The notes under the pieces: generated by a model | Databases searched by the model: none | Told to the model about the DNA's origin: nothing | Seen by the model: only the letters and a program-made list of their open reading frames with translations | Shown here: positions 1 to 7,507 of the stretch, one piece after another | How positions within the stretch are numbered: position 1 is the first letter of the stretch | Layout: every line of letters begins with the position of its first letter | Program-made: the position numbers and the translations under genes | Assembly (NCBI GenBank): GCA_043800755.1 | Contig: JAZDMQ010000016.1 | Span: 1 to 25,137, forward strand | DNA: 25,137 nucleotides | Source of the DNA: a bacterium | GTDB taxonomy: Bacteria > Methylomirabilota > Methylomirabilia > CAVQYV01 | Direction of reading: 5' to 3'

Positions 1-27
1 GCGTTTGATCAGGGGATCAGCAGGCAT
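1..27 (-). CDS. 5' end of a probable gene running off the left edge (MPADPLIKR...)
   Basis: ATG at 27-25 on the minus strand, preceded by a G-rich SD-like GGGGGG and by a promoter at 100-127. Only 9 codons are visible. Confidence 0.4.
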
Positions 28-38
28 GATGACCCCCC

Positions 39-83
39 AAAAAAAGATAACCCCGCCCGGGCCTTGCGGCGTATCGGACGGGG
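39..83 (-). terminator. Intrinsic terminator-like hairpin with U-tract, lying in a putative 5' leader
   Basis: Minus strand reads CCCCGUCCG-AUAC-GCC-GCAA-GGC-C-CGGGCGGGG-UUAUCUUUUUUU. This gives a 9-bp GC stem with one G-U pair, an inner GCAA tetraloop hairpin and a U-run. Confidence 0.6.
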
Positions 84-99
84 AGCAAATTCGATTCTA

Positions 100-127
100 A
101 TTATGGAAACAAGAAAGGCGTTGTCAA
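100..127 (-). promoter_or_regulatory. Sigma70-type promoter
   Basis: TTGACA (127-122), 16-nt spacer, CATAAT (105-100) on the minus strand. Confidence 0.55.
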
Positions 128-205
128 GCCCTTTCATCGTACCGCCTCCCGAGGCAAGTCCACTCATTTCTCGCCCTTCGCGTGGAATCCTATCCGGCGG
201 CGTAT

Positions 206-306
206 TGCTTCATGCACAATGGAAATGCATCATCTGAAGCATTTCTGTTTTCTCTGCGCCCGAAATCGCTTTATGAAGCATTCTGTGCATTTCAGTCTGA
301 ATCATT
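206..306. repeat. Cluster of short degenerate repeats (TGAAGCATT-like), possible regulator binding sites
   Basis: TGAAGCATT at 235 and 274, TGAATCATT at 298, inverted copy TGCTTCA at 206, and the 17-bp dyad TGCAC-N7-ATGCA at 213-229. Confidence 0.4.
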
Positions 307-373
307 TTGGTCCTTGTAGCCCAGCCCATTATGCTCGTGGGACCCGTGTCTCGGGACTTCACAGCAAAACCGT

Positions 374-395
374 TGAAATCAAATCCATGATTTCA
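374..395. promoter_or_regulatory. Perfect 8-bp inverted repeat, possible operator
   Basis: TGAAATCA-AATCCA-TGATTTCA. Confidence 0.35.
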
Positions 396-456
396 GGCTT
401 GAGCCCTTGACCTCACGATAACGCCGGCCGCCCTTGAACCATACGAGGGCAACCCC

Positions 457-681
457 TCATGCAGCGAAGCGGAGGATCTCTACTTCTGTGCCCTTCTTTA
501 CAGCTTCCTCCGCTCTCGCCAGCACCTGCCCCGTGATGTCTTCAGATAGATAATATTCCCCGCAGTTCTTGCATACATCGGCGGGAACCCCTTTGATGAT
601 GACTGTGGTTTCTCCGCGCTGGAGCGTCACAGTGACCTTCCCAGGTTGAGTCTCACTTTGTTTACAGAAAACGCATTTCAT
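457..681 (-). CDS. YgiT-type zinc finger protein (MqsA-like N-terminal domain), putative antitoxin
   Basis: MKCVFC...IIKGVPADVCKNCGEYYL carries two CxxC pairs in 74 aa. Its ATG overlaps the upstream stop (ATGA at 681-678). Confidence 0.85.
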   Translation of the reverse strand: MKCVFCKQSETQPGKVTVTLQRGETTVIIKGVPADVCKNCGEYYLSEDITGQVLARAEEAVKKGTEVEILRFAA

Positions 682-965
682 GGTGCTCTCCTCGTCTTGA
701 AATCCGAATTCCACAGGCTCAAATCGGGAGTGTAAGCCGTGATGAGATAGCCGGTTTGGGTGAGGTGGTCAACCCCCACGACGATATGAAGAGGATGCCC
801 TTCCATGAAACCTAAAATCAAATAGCTCGGAAGCGGCTCATCGTCAAGATATTCGGCAATGACCTCGCCAGAAGCGATCACGGCAAGGACATCGGACTTG
901 CTGATACCCCGCTCGAACATCCGCTGCACGGCATGACCACTGAAAACTACCTGCTTACATTCCAT
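678..965 (-). CDS. DUF4258 domain protein, putative toxin/RNase
   Basis: FSGHAVQRMFERGIS...GEVIAEY...LILG...PLHIVVG...LITAYTPD is typical of DUF4258. SD-like GAGGT lies directly next to the ATG. Confidence 0.85.
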   Translation of the reverse strand: MECKQVVFSGHAVQRMFERGISKSDVLAVIASGEVIAEYLDDEPLPSYLILGFMEGHPLHIVVGVDHLTQTGYLITAYTPDLSLWNSDFKTRRAP

Positions 966-1051
966 ACCTCAAATCCTGCAGCCTCTACACGATAGCCGTT
1001 TCGATGAGTGCGTCACCTTCAACGCCCTCTCAATTGTGCCGCCCTGAGGAG

Positions 1052-1079
1052 ATTATAACCCTCTCTGGTGTATTGTCAA
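1052..1079 (-). promoter_or_regulatory. Consensus sigma70 promoter for the DUF4258/YgiT operon
   Basis: TTGACA (1079-1074), 16-nt spacer, TATAAT (1057-1052). Both hexamers are perfect. Confidence 0.7.
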
Positions 1080-1115
1080 TTCCATTATCGTTGGCGGTGG
1101 CAGGGAAAGGAAGCC

Positions 1116-1144
1116 TTGACCGGAAGCGGATCAGATATTATGCT
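1116..1144 (+). promoter_or_regulatory. Sigma70 promoter for the nitroreductase-transferase operon
   Basis: TTGACC (1116-1121), 17-nt spacer, TATGCT (1139-1144), followed by SD AAGGAGG at 1161. Confidence 0.6.
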
Positions 1145-1176
1145 TCGGCCGAGTCTTGAAAAGGAGGGAAGGTACC

Positions 1177-2049
1177 ATGGCCAATACCGTCATCAATCCA
1201 GACCTTTGCAAGAGGGATGGGATCTGCGTTCTGAGCTGTCCCGCGCAGGTCTTCGTCCAAATGGAGAAGGGCAGCCTTCCCGAGGTGGCCTATGAGGAGC
1301 ATTGCATCGCCTGCGGCCACTGCGTCTGCCTCTGCCCCCACGGGGCGATCAGCCACGCGGATTTCCCGCCGGGGAGCGTCCATTCCCTTCGCCAGGAGAT
1401 GATCCCCTCCAGCGAGCAGCTCCTGGAGATCTTGCGATCCCGGCGTTCCGCTCGTGTCTTCAAGGATCAGCCGGTGGAGAGGGAGCTGATCGAGAAGGTG
1501 ATCGAGGGGGCTCGGCTCGCGCCCTCTGCCCACAATACGCAGAGTACCGAATTCATCGTGGTCCAGGACCCGGCAGTGCTGAAGCAGATCAGCCAACTGA
1601 CGGCCGATTACCTGGGGAAGATCATCAAGCTCCTGAGAAATCCCTTATCCAGGGCCTTTCTGCGGTTGGTCGAGGGGGAGAAGGTGAAGGGGGCGATCTA
1701 TGCTCTGGATGGCTTCGAGCGGTTGATCAGGGCCCACCGGCAGGGCAGGGATCGGATCCTGCGTCATACCCCGGCCCTGATCCTCTTCCATGCGGATCAA
1801 AGCACGATCTTCGCCGAGGCCAACGCCAACCTGGCCCTGCAGAACGCCACCCTGATCGCTCAAGCCCTGGGCCTGGGGAGCTTTTGGACCGGCTATGTGG
1901 TTTCCACCTGTAATCGGGACCGGCGTATTCCACGGCTTCTCTCCCTGCCGGAGGGCCATAAGGTCTATGGCGGATTGGCCCTGGGCTATCCTCAATTCCC
2001 ATTCCGGAACTGGATGGAGCGGCGGCCATCCCAGGTGAAGTGGTTCTGA
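1177..2049 (+). CDS. Nitroreductase family protein with N-terminal ferredoxin (Fe-S) domain
   Basis: Fe-S motifs CKRDGICVLSCP and CIACGHCVCLCP. FMN-binding RRSARVF and APSAHNTQ, plus C-terminal LGLGSFWTG...LGYP. Strong SD before ATG 1177. Confidence 0.9.
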   Translation: MANTVINPDLCKRDGICVLSCPAQVFVQMEKGSLPEVAYEEHCIACGHCVCLCPHGAISHADFPPGSVHSLRQEMIPSSEQLLEILRSRRSARVFKDQPVERELIEKVIEGARLAPSAHNTQSTEFIVVQDPAVLKQISQLTADYLGKIIKLLRNPLSRAFLRLVEGEKVKGAIYALDGFERLIRAHRQGRDRILRHTPALILFHADQSTIFAEANANLALQNATLIAQALGLGSFWTGYVVSTCNRDRRIPRLLSLPEGHKVYGGLALGYPQFPFRNWMERRPSQVKWF

Positions 2050-2058
2050 GGTGCAGAA

Positions 2059-3399
2059 ATGAAGAGGCTGATCGTCTTCACCCGCTATCCGGAGCCGGGC
2101 AAGGCCAAGACGCGGCTCATCCCGGCCTTGGGGGAGGAGGGAGCGGCGGAGCTACACCATTGGATGGCCGTCCGCACCCTGGCCCAGGCGCGCAGATTAC
2201 TGCGGGAGGCCACCGCTGCCACCTCGCTCCAGGTCCGATTCGAGGGGGGGAGCGAGGCCTCAATGCGGAAATGGCTCGGCCCGGATCTGGGTTATCGGCC
2301 TCAGGGCGAAGGGGACCTGGGCGTCCGCCTGGCTCGGGCCTTTCAGGAGGCCTTCGGTTCCGGGACAGAAAAGGCCGTGGCCATCGGGACGGATTGTCCG
2401 GCTATGAGCGCACAGACCCTGCGAAATGCCTTCGAGCAGCTGGCGGGGCATGACTTAGTCTTGGGTTCGGCGACGGACGGAGGGTACTACCTGATCGGGC
2501 TGAGGAGCGAGATCTCGTGGGCTGCGATCTCTCCATTGTTCTCCGGCATCGCCTGGGGCACAGGGCAGGTCTTCGCGCAGACCGTGAAGGCCGCAGAGGG
2601 CCTGGGGTTATCTCTCGCCCTCCTGGAGCCGCTCGATGATGTAGATCGGCCGGAGGACCTCTCTCTCTGGGAGGATCAGACCAAGGGGGTTGCCCGACCG
2701 GGGCGGATCTCGATCATCGTGCCGACCCTGAACGAAGCGGAGGAGATCGAGACCAGCCTGGTTGAGGCCGGGCGCGGCTCAAACCTGGAGATCATTGTGG
2801 TGGATGGCGGGAGCGAGGATGGAACCCGAGAGATCGCTCGATCTCGGGGCGCATGTGTCTTGACAACTCCCCCCGGGCGCGCCTCACAGATGAACACTGG
2901 CGCGGCCCAGGCGAGCGGCGAGGTGCTCCTCTTCCTCCACGCTGATACCCGCCTGCCTCGGGGGTTCGACGCCCAAATCCGCCAGGCCCTGGCCAAGCCG
3001 GAAGTGATAGGTGGTGCCTTTGCCCTCCGCATTGACGCCCCCCTCCGGGGCCTGCGGCTCATTGAGCGCCTGGCCAACTGGCGCTCGAAAAGGCTAAAGC
3101 TGCCCTATGGGGACCAGGGGATCTTTATCCGGGCGGATGTCTTCTGGGGCCTGGGGGGCTTTCCGGAAATGCCGATCATGGAGGATTTCGAGCTGGCGAG
3201 GAGGATGCGACGAAGAGGGAGGATGGTGATGATCCCGGAGCCAGCCCTCACCTCCGCCCGCCGCTGGATGACCTTGGGCCTCTGGCAGACCACGCTGATC
3301 AACCAGGCAGTCATCGCGGCCTATCTGCTGAACATCTCGCCCTCGCGGATCGCCCGCTGGTATCGGCGAGGGCGAAAACGCCGGGGCGCTGGAGGGTAG
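2059..3399 (+). CDS. Fused double transferase: N-terminal TIGR04282/DUF2064 (CofC-like) domain plus C-terminal TIGR04283 family-2 glycosyltransferase (arsenosugar/selenodomain-associated types)
   Basis: N domain: IVFTRYPEPGKAKTRL, QGEGDLG, IGTDCP, DGGYYLIG, DDVDRPEDL. C domain from about 2707: ISIIVPTLNEA, VVDGGSED, GRASQMN, FLHADT, PYGDQGIF, MPIMED, TSARRW. Confidence 0.88.
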   Translation: MKRLIVFTRYPEPGKAKTRLIPALGEEGAAELHHWMAVRTLAQARRLLREATAATSLQVRFEGGSEASMRKWLGPDLGYRPQGEGDLGVRLARAFQEAFGSGTEKAVAIGTDCPAMSAQTLRNAFEQLAGHDLVLGSATDGGYYLIGLRSEISWAAISPLFSGIAWGTGQVFAQTVKAAEGLGLSLALLEPLDDVDRPEDLSLWEDQTKGVARPGRISIIVPTLNEAEEIETSLVEAGRGSNLEIIVVDGGSEDGTREIARSRGACVLTTPPGRASQMNTGAAQASGEVLLFLHADTRLPRGFDAQIRQALAKPEVIGGAFALRIDAPLRGLRLIERLANWRSKRLKLPYGDQGIFIRADVFWGLGGFPEMPIMEDFELARRMRRRGRMVMIPEPALTSARRWMTLGLWQTTLINQAVIAAYLLNISPSRIARWYRRGRKRRGAGG

Positions 3400-3411
3400 G
3401 GAGTTCCTCTA

Positions 3412-5157
3412 TCAGTCCGCTAACTCGAAGTGGCGGGAGGCGGGGTCGAGCTGGGCCAGGACCTCGCGGAGCACGGGCCCCACATTGACCAGCCGCGCCT
3501 TCCAGACCTCCCCCTTCTTCTTGGATCTGTCCTTCCAGGCGCAGAGGGCCTGAATCCCCTTGGGGGTGGCGTAGCGCAGCCGCTCGAAGTCGATGACGAT
3601 CTCCGTCTTCTTCCGCTTCATCGCCCCCTCGATGCGCTTCCGTAGGGCCTTGCCCCCCGCCTTGTCCATGACCCCTTCCAGGGAGATGCGCAGGGCGGAA
3701 GGCCTCTCCATCTTCTGCATCTTGACCTGAAGGAAGGCATCCCACCGGTCAGAGATCCCCTCGGCCTTGTTCTTGATCGCCTCCAGGGCATTGGGGATGA
3801 GCAGGGGGGTCTTCTCCTTGAGCGGGATGCGGCCCTGTCCTTTCTGCAACACCTTGCAGAGGGGGCTGAGCCCTCCTTTGGGCATGCGCTTGAGGATGCG
3901 GCGATAGGCGAAGTTCATATAGTAGGTGGGGATGGTCCGAGGCTTGTTCCGGGGAAGCCGAGTCAGCATGGACCTTAGGGAGTAAAGGCGATGGAAGGCC
4001 CAGAAGAAGCCGTCCCTCAAGGTCTCCGGGGACATCTTCTTGGGTTGGAAGACCACATGCCGGCCATCGTAATGGGACCAATTGCGGTGGATGATCCTAC
4101 CCTCCTCCTCCAGGCGGGCATAGAGGCGGGTCCCGGGCAAAGGGGTCAGGATATTGAACAGGGTCAGCTCCACCTTGTTCTTTTCCAGAAATTCGACGGT
4201 GGTGGGGAAGACGGAGTCATCGTCCTCATCCAGGCCGAAGATCATCCCGGCATTGACCACAATCCCCTGGTCATGGAAGCGGGCAATCAATTCCTCATAT
4301 TGGGAGACCTTATTGAAGGACTTGTGCACTCCCTTGAGGTTGGCCTGGGAGACGGTTTCGATGCCGATGAACATGTGGGTGCAGCCGCTCTGGGCGGCCA
4401 GGCTCAAGAGCTCCGGGTCATCGGCCAGGCCCAGGTGGCACTGGCTGCCCCACATCTTTCCGAGTGGGATCAGGGCGGAGAAGAGCTCCTGGGCGTAGGC
4501 CCGATTGCCCGCGATGTTGTCATCCACGAAGATGAAGTCCCCGGGCAGGGCGGCCACCTCGGCCACCACCTCCTTGACCGGCCTGAGGCGAAAAGAGTTG
4601 CCGAAGAAATCGGTGACCGAGCAGAAATCGCAGCCGAAGGGACATCCCCGGGTCGCCTGCACGCAGTTGGCGTTCAGGTAGCCCTCCCTCTTGAGAAGAT
4701 CCAGGCGCGCCCGGGGGAGGGCCTCCAGGGAAGGCCTCTTCTCGGCGCGATAGATCCTCTGCAGCTGCCCCTTCTCAAAGTCCTGGAGCAGGATCGGCCA
4801 GGTCTCCTCCGCCTCCCCGATCACCACCGAGTCGGCATGAAGCAGGGCCTCCTCCGGCAGGGCGGAGGCGTGCATCCCGCCCAGCACGACTGGGGTTCCC
4901 CGGCTCCGGAAGCGGTCTGCCACCTCGTAGCCCCGGGGGGCCAGGAAGGTGAGCAGGGAGATCCCCACCAAGTCCGCCTCGGCCTCGAAGTCGATGTCCT
5001 CCACACTCTCGTCCACCAGGCGGACCGAGTGCTCCGGGGGGGTGAGGGCGGCCAGGATGGGGAGGGTCAGGCGGGGAAAGGAGAAGGAACGCACCTCCCT
5101 CCGCGAGTAACGATAGAGGGAGCCCTCAAGGTCAGGGGAGATGAGGAGGATCTTCAT
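3412..5157 (-). CDS. B12-binding domain radical SAM protein with a C-terminal STAS-like domain
   Basis: N-terminal cobalamin-binding Rossmann domain (DLVGIS...VVLGGMHAS...VVIGEAE), RGCPFGCDFC (CxxxCxxC), FVDDN, GIET, ILTPLPGT. An extra ~100-aa C-terminal domain resembles STAS. Confidence 0.88.
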   Translation of the reverse strand: MKILLISPDLEGSLYRYSRREVRSFSFPRLTLPILAALTPPEHSVRLVDESVEDIDFEAEADLVGISLLTFLAPRGYEVADRFRSRGTPVVLGGMHASALPEEALLHADSVVIGEAEETWPILLQDFEKGQLQRIYRAEKRPSLEALPRARLDLLKREGYLNANCVQATRGCPFGCDFCSVTDFFGNSFRLRPVKEVVAEVAALPGDFIFVDDNIAGNRAYAQELFSALIPLGKMWGSQCHLGLADDPELLSLAAQSGCTHMFIGIETVSQANLKGVHKSFNKVSQYEELIARFHDQGIVVNAGMIFGLDEDDDSVFPTTVEFLEKNKVELTLFNILTPLPGTRLYARLEEEGRIIHRNWSHYDGRHVVFQPKKMSPETLRDGFFWAFHRLYSLRSMLTRLPRNKPRTIPTYYMNFAYRRILKRMPKGGLSPLCKVLQKGQGRIPLKEKTPLLIPNALEAIKNKAEGISDRWDAFLQVKMQKMERPSALRISLEGVMDKAGGKALRKRIEGAMKRKKTEIVIDFERLRYATPKGIQALCAWKDRSKKKGEVWKARLVNVGPVLREVLAQLDPASRHFELAD

Positions 5158-5253
5158 GACACCATTCCTTTCGCGAGTCTGAAGGAGGGATGGGGGGAAT
5201 GCTGCCTGCTCGCATCAAGATGTGGTCCAGCGATCGCGACGAGAGGCGACTTC

Positions 5254-6666
5254 CTACTTGCTCGAAAGATAGGCATCGATGGCCCGAGCGGCCTTCCTCC
5301 CGGCCCCCATGGCCAGGATCACCGTGGCCGCGCCGGTGACGATATCCCCTCCGGCGAATACCCCTTCCTTGCTGGTCTTTCCCGTCTCGGGATCGGCGAC
5401 GATGTTGCCCCAGCGATTCACTGCCAGGCCGGGCGTGGTGGAGGCGAGCAGGGGGTTGGCCCCGTTGCCGATCGCCATCACTACCACATCCACCGGGATC
5501 TGGTGCTCTGAGCCAGGGATGGGGAGGGGGCGCCTTCTTCCCGAGTCGTCCGGCTCTCCCAATTCCATTTTAACACACTGCAAGGCCCTTGTCCAGCCCC
5601 GCTCATCCCCTAAGATCCGCACTGGGTTGGTAAGCATCAGGAACTGCACCCCCTCCTCGGCGGCGTTCTCGATCTCCTCGTGGCGGGCGGGCATCTCGGT
5701 CCGCGACCGGCGATAGATGATATAGGCGTTCTCCGCGCCCAGGCGGAGGGCGGTCCGCACGGAGTCCATGGCCACATTCCCCCCGCCCACCACGGCCACA
5801 TTGCGGCCCCGGAGGATGGGGGTGCCATAGTCGGGGAAGAGATAGGCCTTCATCAGATTGGAGCGGGTGAGGTATTCGTTGGCGGAATAGACGCCATTGA
5901 GGTTCTCCCCCGGGATGTTCATGAAGGTGGGCAGGCCGGCCCCATTGCCCAGGAAGACGGCCTGGTAGCCGGCGGCGAAGAGTTCATCCACCGAGAGCAA
6001 TTTGCCAATCACGGCATCCAGGCGCAGCTCCACCCCCAGGGAGACCACATAGTCCACCTCTTTTTGCACGATCGCCTTGGGGAGCCGGAATTCGGGGATC
6101 CCGTAGACCAGGACCCCTCCTGCCTTGTGGAGGGCCTCAAAGATGGTCACCTGGTGGCCCAGCTTGGCGAGGTCCCCGGCCACGGTCAATCCTGCGGGCC
6201 CCGAGCCCACCACCGCCACCCTCTTTTCGGTGGGGGCCGGGCGCGGCGGGGGATCCGCCTGCATCTTTGACATCTCGTAATCCGCGGCGAAGCGCTCCAG
6301 ACGGCCGACAGCCACCGGCTCCCCCTTGACCCCTAAGACGCAGACCTTCTCGCACTGATCCTCCTGGGGGCAGACGCGACCACAGATGGCAGGAAGGCAG
6401 TTCTTCTCCCGGATATTGCGGATCGCCCCGGCGTAGTCGCCGTCGCGGATGAGGGAGAGGAAGGAGGGGATATCGATCTCCACCGGACAGCCGGCGATGC
6501 AGGGCGGCTTCTTGCAGTGGAGACATCGCTCCACCTCGGCCCGCGCCGCCTCCTCCGCATAGCCGAGGGCTACCTCGTAGAAGTTGTGGATCCGTTCCTG
6601 GGGATCCTGGCGGGGCATGGGCTGCTTGTGTAGAACCGGAGGCTTCCTGGGCCTCGCCTCAGCCAT
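5254..6666 (-). CDS. nfnB: NfnB/SudA large subunit (GltD-like) of NADH-dependent reduced ferredoxin:NADP+ oxidoreductase
   Basis: RCLHCKKPPCIAGCP, CGRVCPQEDQCE, GSGPAG, YGIPEFRLP, GGGNVAMD, FAGGD. Overlaps nfnA, and no gltB is nearby. Confidence 0.85.
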   Translation of the reverse strand: MAEARPRKPPVLHKQPMPRQDPQERIHNFYEVALGYAEEAARAEVERCLHCKKPPCIAGCPVEIDIPSFLSLIRDGDYAGAIRNIREKNCLPAICGRVCPQEDQCEKVCVLGVKGEPVAVGRLERFAADYEMSKMQADPPPRPAPTEKRVAVVGSGPAGLTVAGDLAKLGHQVTIFEALHKAGGVLVYGIPEFRLPKAIVQKEVDYVVSLGVELRLDAVIGKLLSVDELFAAGYQAVFLGNGAGLPTFMNIPGENLNGVYSANEYLTRSNLMKAYLFPDYGTPILRGRNVAVVGGGNVAMDSVRTALRLGAENAYIIYRRSRTEMPARHEEIENAAEEGVQFLMLTNPVRILGDERGWTRALQCVKMELGEPDDSGRRRPLPIPGSEHQIPVDVVVMAIGNGANPLLASTTPGLAVNRWGNIVADPETGKTSKEGVFAGGDIVTGAATVILAMGAGRKAARAIDAYLSSK

Positions 6667-7507
6667 GGGGGCCCTCCCCGCAGCAAGCATGATATCGGGC
6701 CATCGCCTCTTTTTCCTCTTTCAGGTACATCCTCTTGCGCAGGATGTATTCGTCGAAATCGACCTGATGGCCGTCGAACTCCGGGCCATGGACGCAGACG
6801 AACCGGGTCTTCCCTCCCACCGTGACCCGACAGGCCCCGCACATCCCGGTCCCGTCCACCATGATGGAATCCAGGCTTACGGTCGTCTTGATGGAATAGG
6901 CCTCGGTCAGTTTGCAGACCGCCTGCATCATGACCGGGGGGCCAATGGCTACCACCAGAGCGATCTTCAATCCTTCCTCAATGAGGGACCGCAGCTCATC
7001 GGTCACCAGGCCATGGCGGCCATACGATCCATCGTCAGTGGTGACCAGAAGCGTCTCGCTCAGGGCCGCCATCTCTGCCTCCAGGATGAGCAGATCCTTG
7101 CTCCGCGCCCCCAGGACGGAGAGGACCTGGTTGCCCTCCCTCTTGAGGGCCCGGGCGATGGGATAGACAGGGGCAATGCCGATCCCGCCGCCGATGCAGA
7201 TGACGGTGCCATAAAGGGCAATCTCCGAGGGCCTGCCCAGCGGGCCGATGAGGTCCTGGATGGCATCCCCTTCCTTTAGCTGTCCCAGCTCGGCCGTGCT
7301 CTTTCCCACCTCCTGAAAAATGAGGGTCAGCGTTCCCCTCTCCGCGTCCCAGTCGGCCACGGTGAGGGGGATGCGCTCGCCCTTCTCCGAAACGCGCAAC
7401 ACCACGAACTGGCCTGCCTTCACCCGCTGGGAGAGGAGGGGGGCCTCGACTTCAAAGAGGTGGATGGAGGGGGCTAAGGTTTTACGGGCAAGGAGACGAA
7501 ACATCAT
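6659..7507 (-). CDS. nfnA: NfnA/SudB small subunit (FAD/NAD-binding, 2Fe-2S; PyrK-like)
   Basis: AGQFVVLR...GERIPLT, GPLG, GGGIGIAP, TDDGSYG, MVDGTGMCGACRV...CVHGPEF. Start ATG overlaps the surA-like stop. Confidence 0.85.
   Translation of the reverse strand: MMFRLLARKTLAPSIHLFEVEAPLLSQRVKAGQFVVLRVSEKGERIPLTVADWDAERGTLTLIFQEVGKSTAELGQLKEGDAIQDLIGPLGRPSEIALYGTVICIGGGIGIAPVYPIARALKREGNQVLSVLGARSKDLLILEAEMAALSETLLVTTDDGSYGRHGLVTDELRSLIEEGLKIALVVAIGPPVMMQAVCKLTEAYSIKTTVSLDSIMVDGTGMCGACRVTVGGKTRFVCVHGPEFDGHQVDFDEYILRKRMYLKEEKEAMARYHACCGEGPHG

Noticed and set aside
195..208. Possible sigma54 -24/-12 element (GG...TTGC)
   Set aside because: GG-to-GC spacing is 9 nt rather than the required 10, and there is no TGGCAC core.
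219..410. 63-aa plus-strand ORF
   Set aside because: No SD, no recognisable motif, and it overlies the repeat-rich low-GC intergenic region.
3991..5511. 506-aa plus-strand ORF
   Set aside because: Antisense shadow of the rSAM and nfnB genes, typical of high-GC codon bias, with no domain motifs.
5254..6666. Glutamate synthase small subunit (gltD/gltA) call
   Set aside because: No large subunit is adjacent, and pairing with the PyrK-like subunit indicates NfnAB/SudAB.
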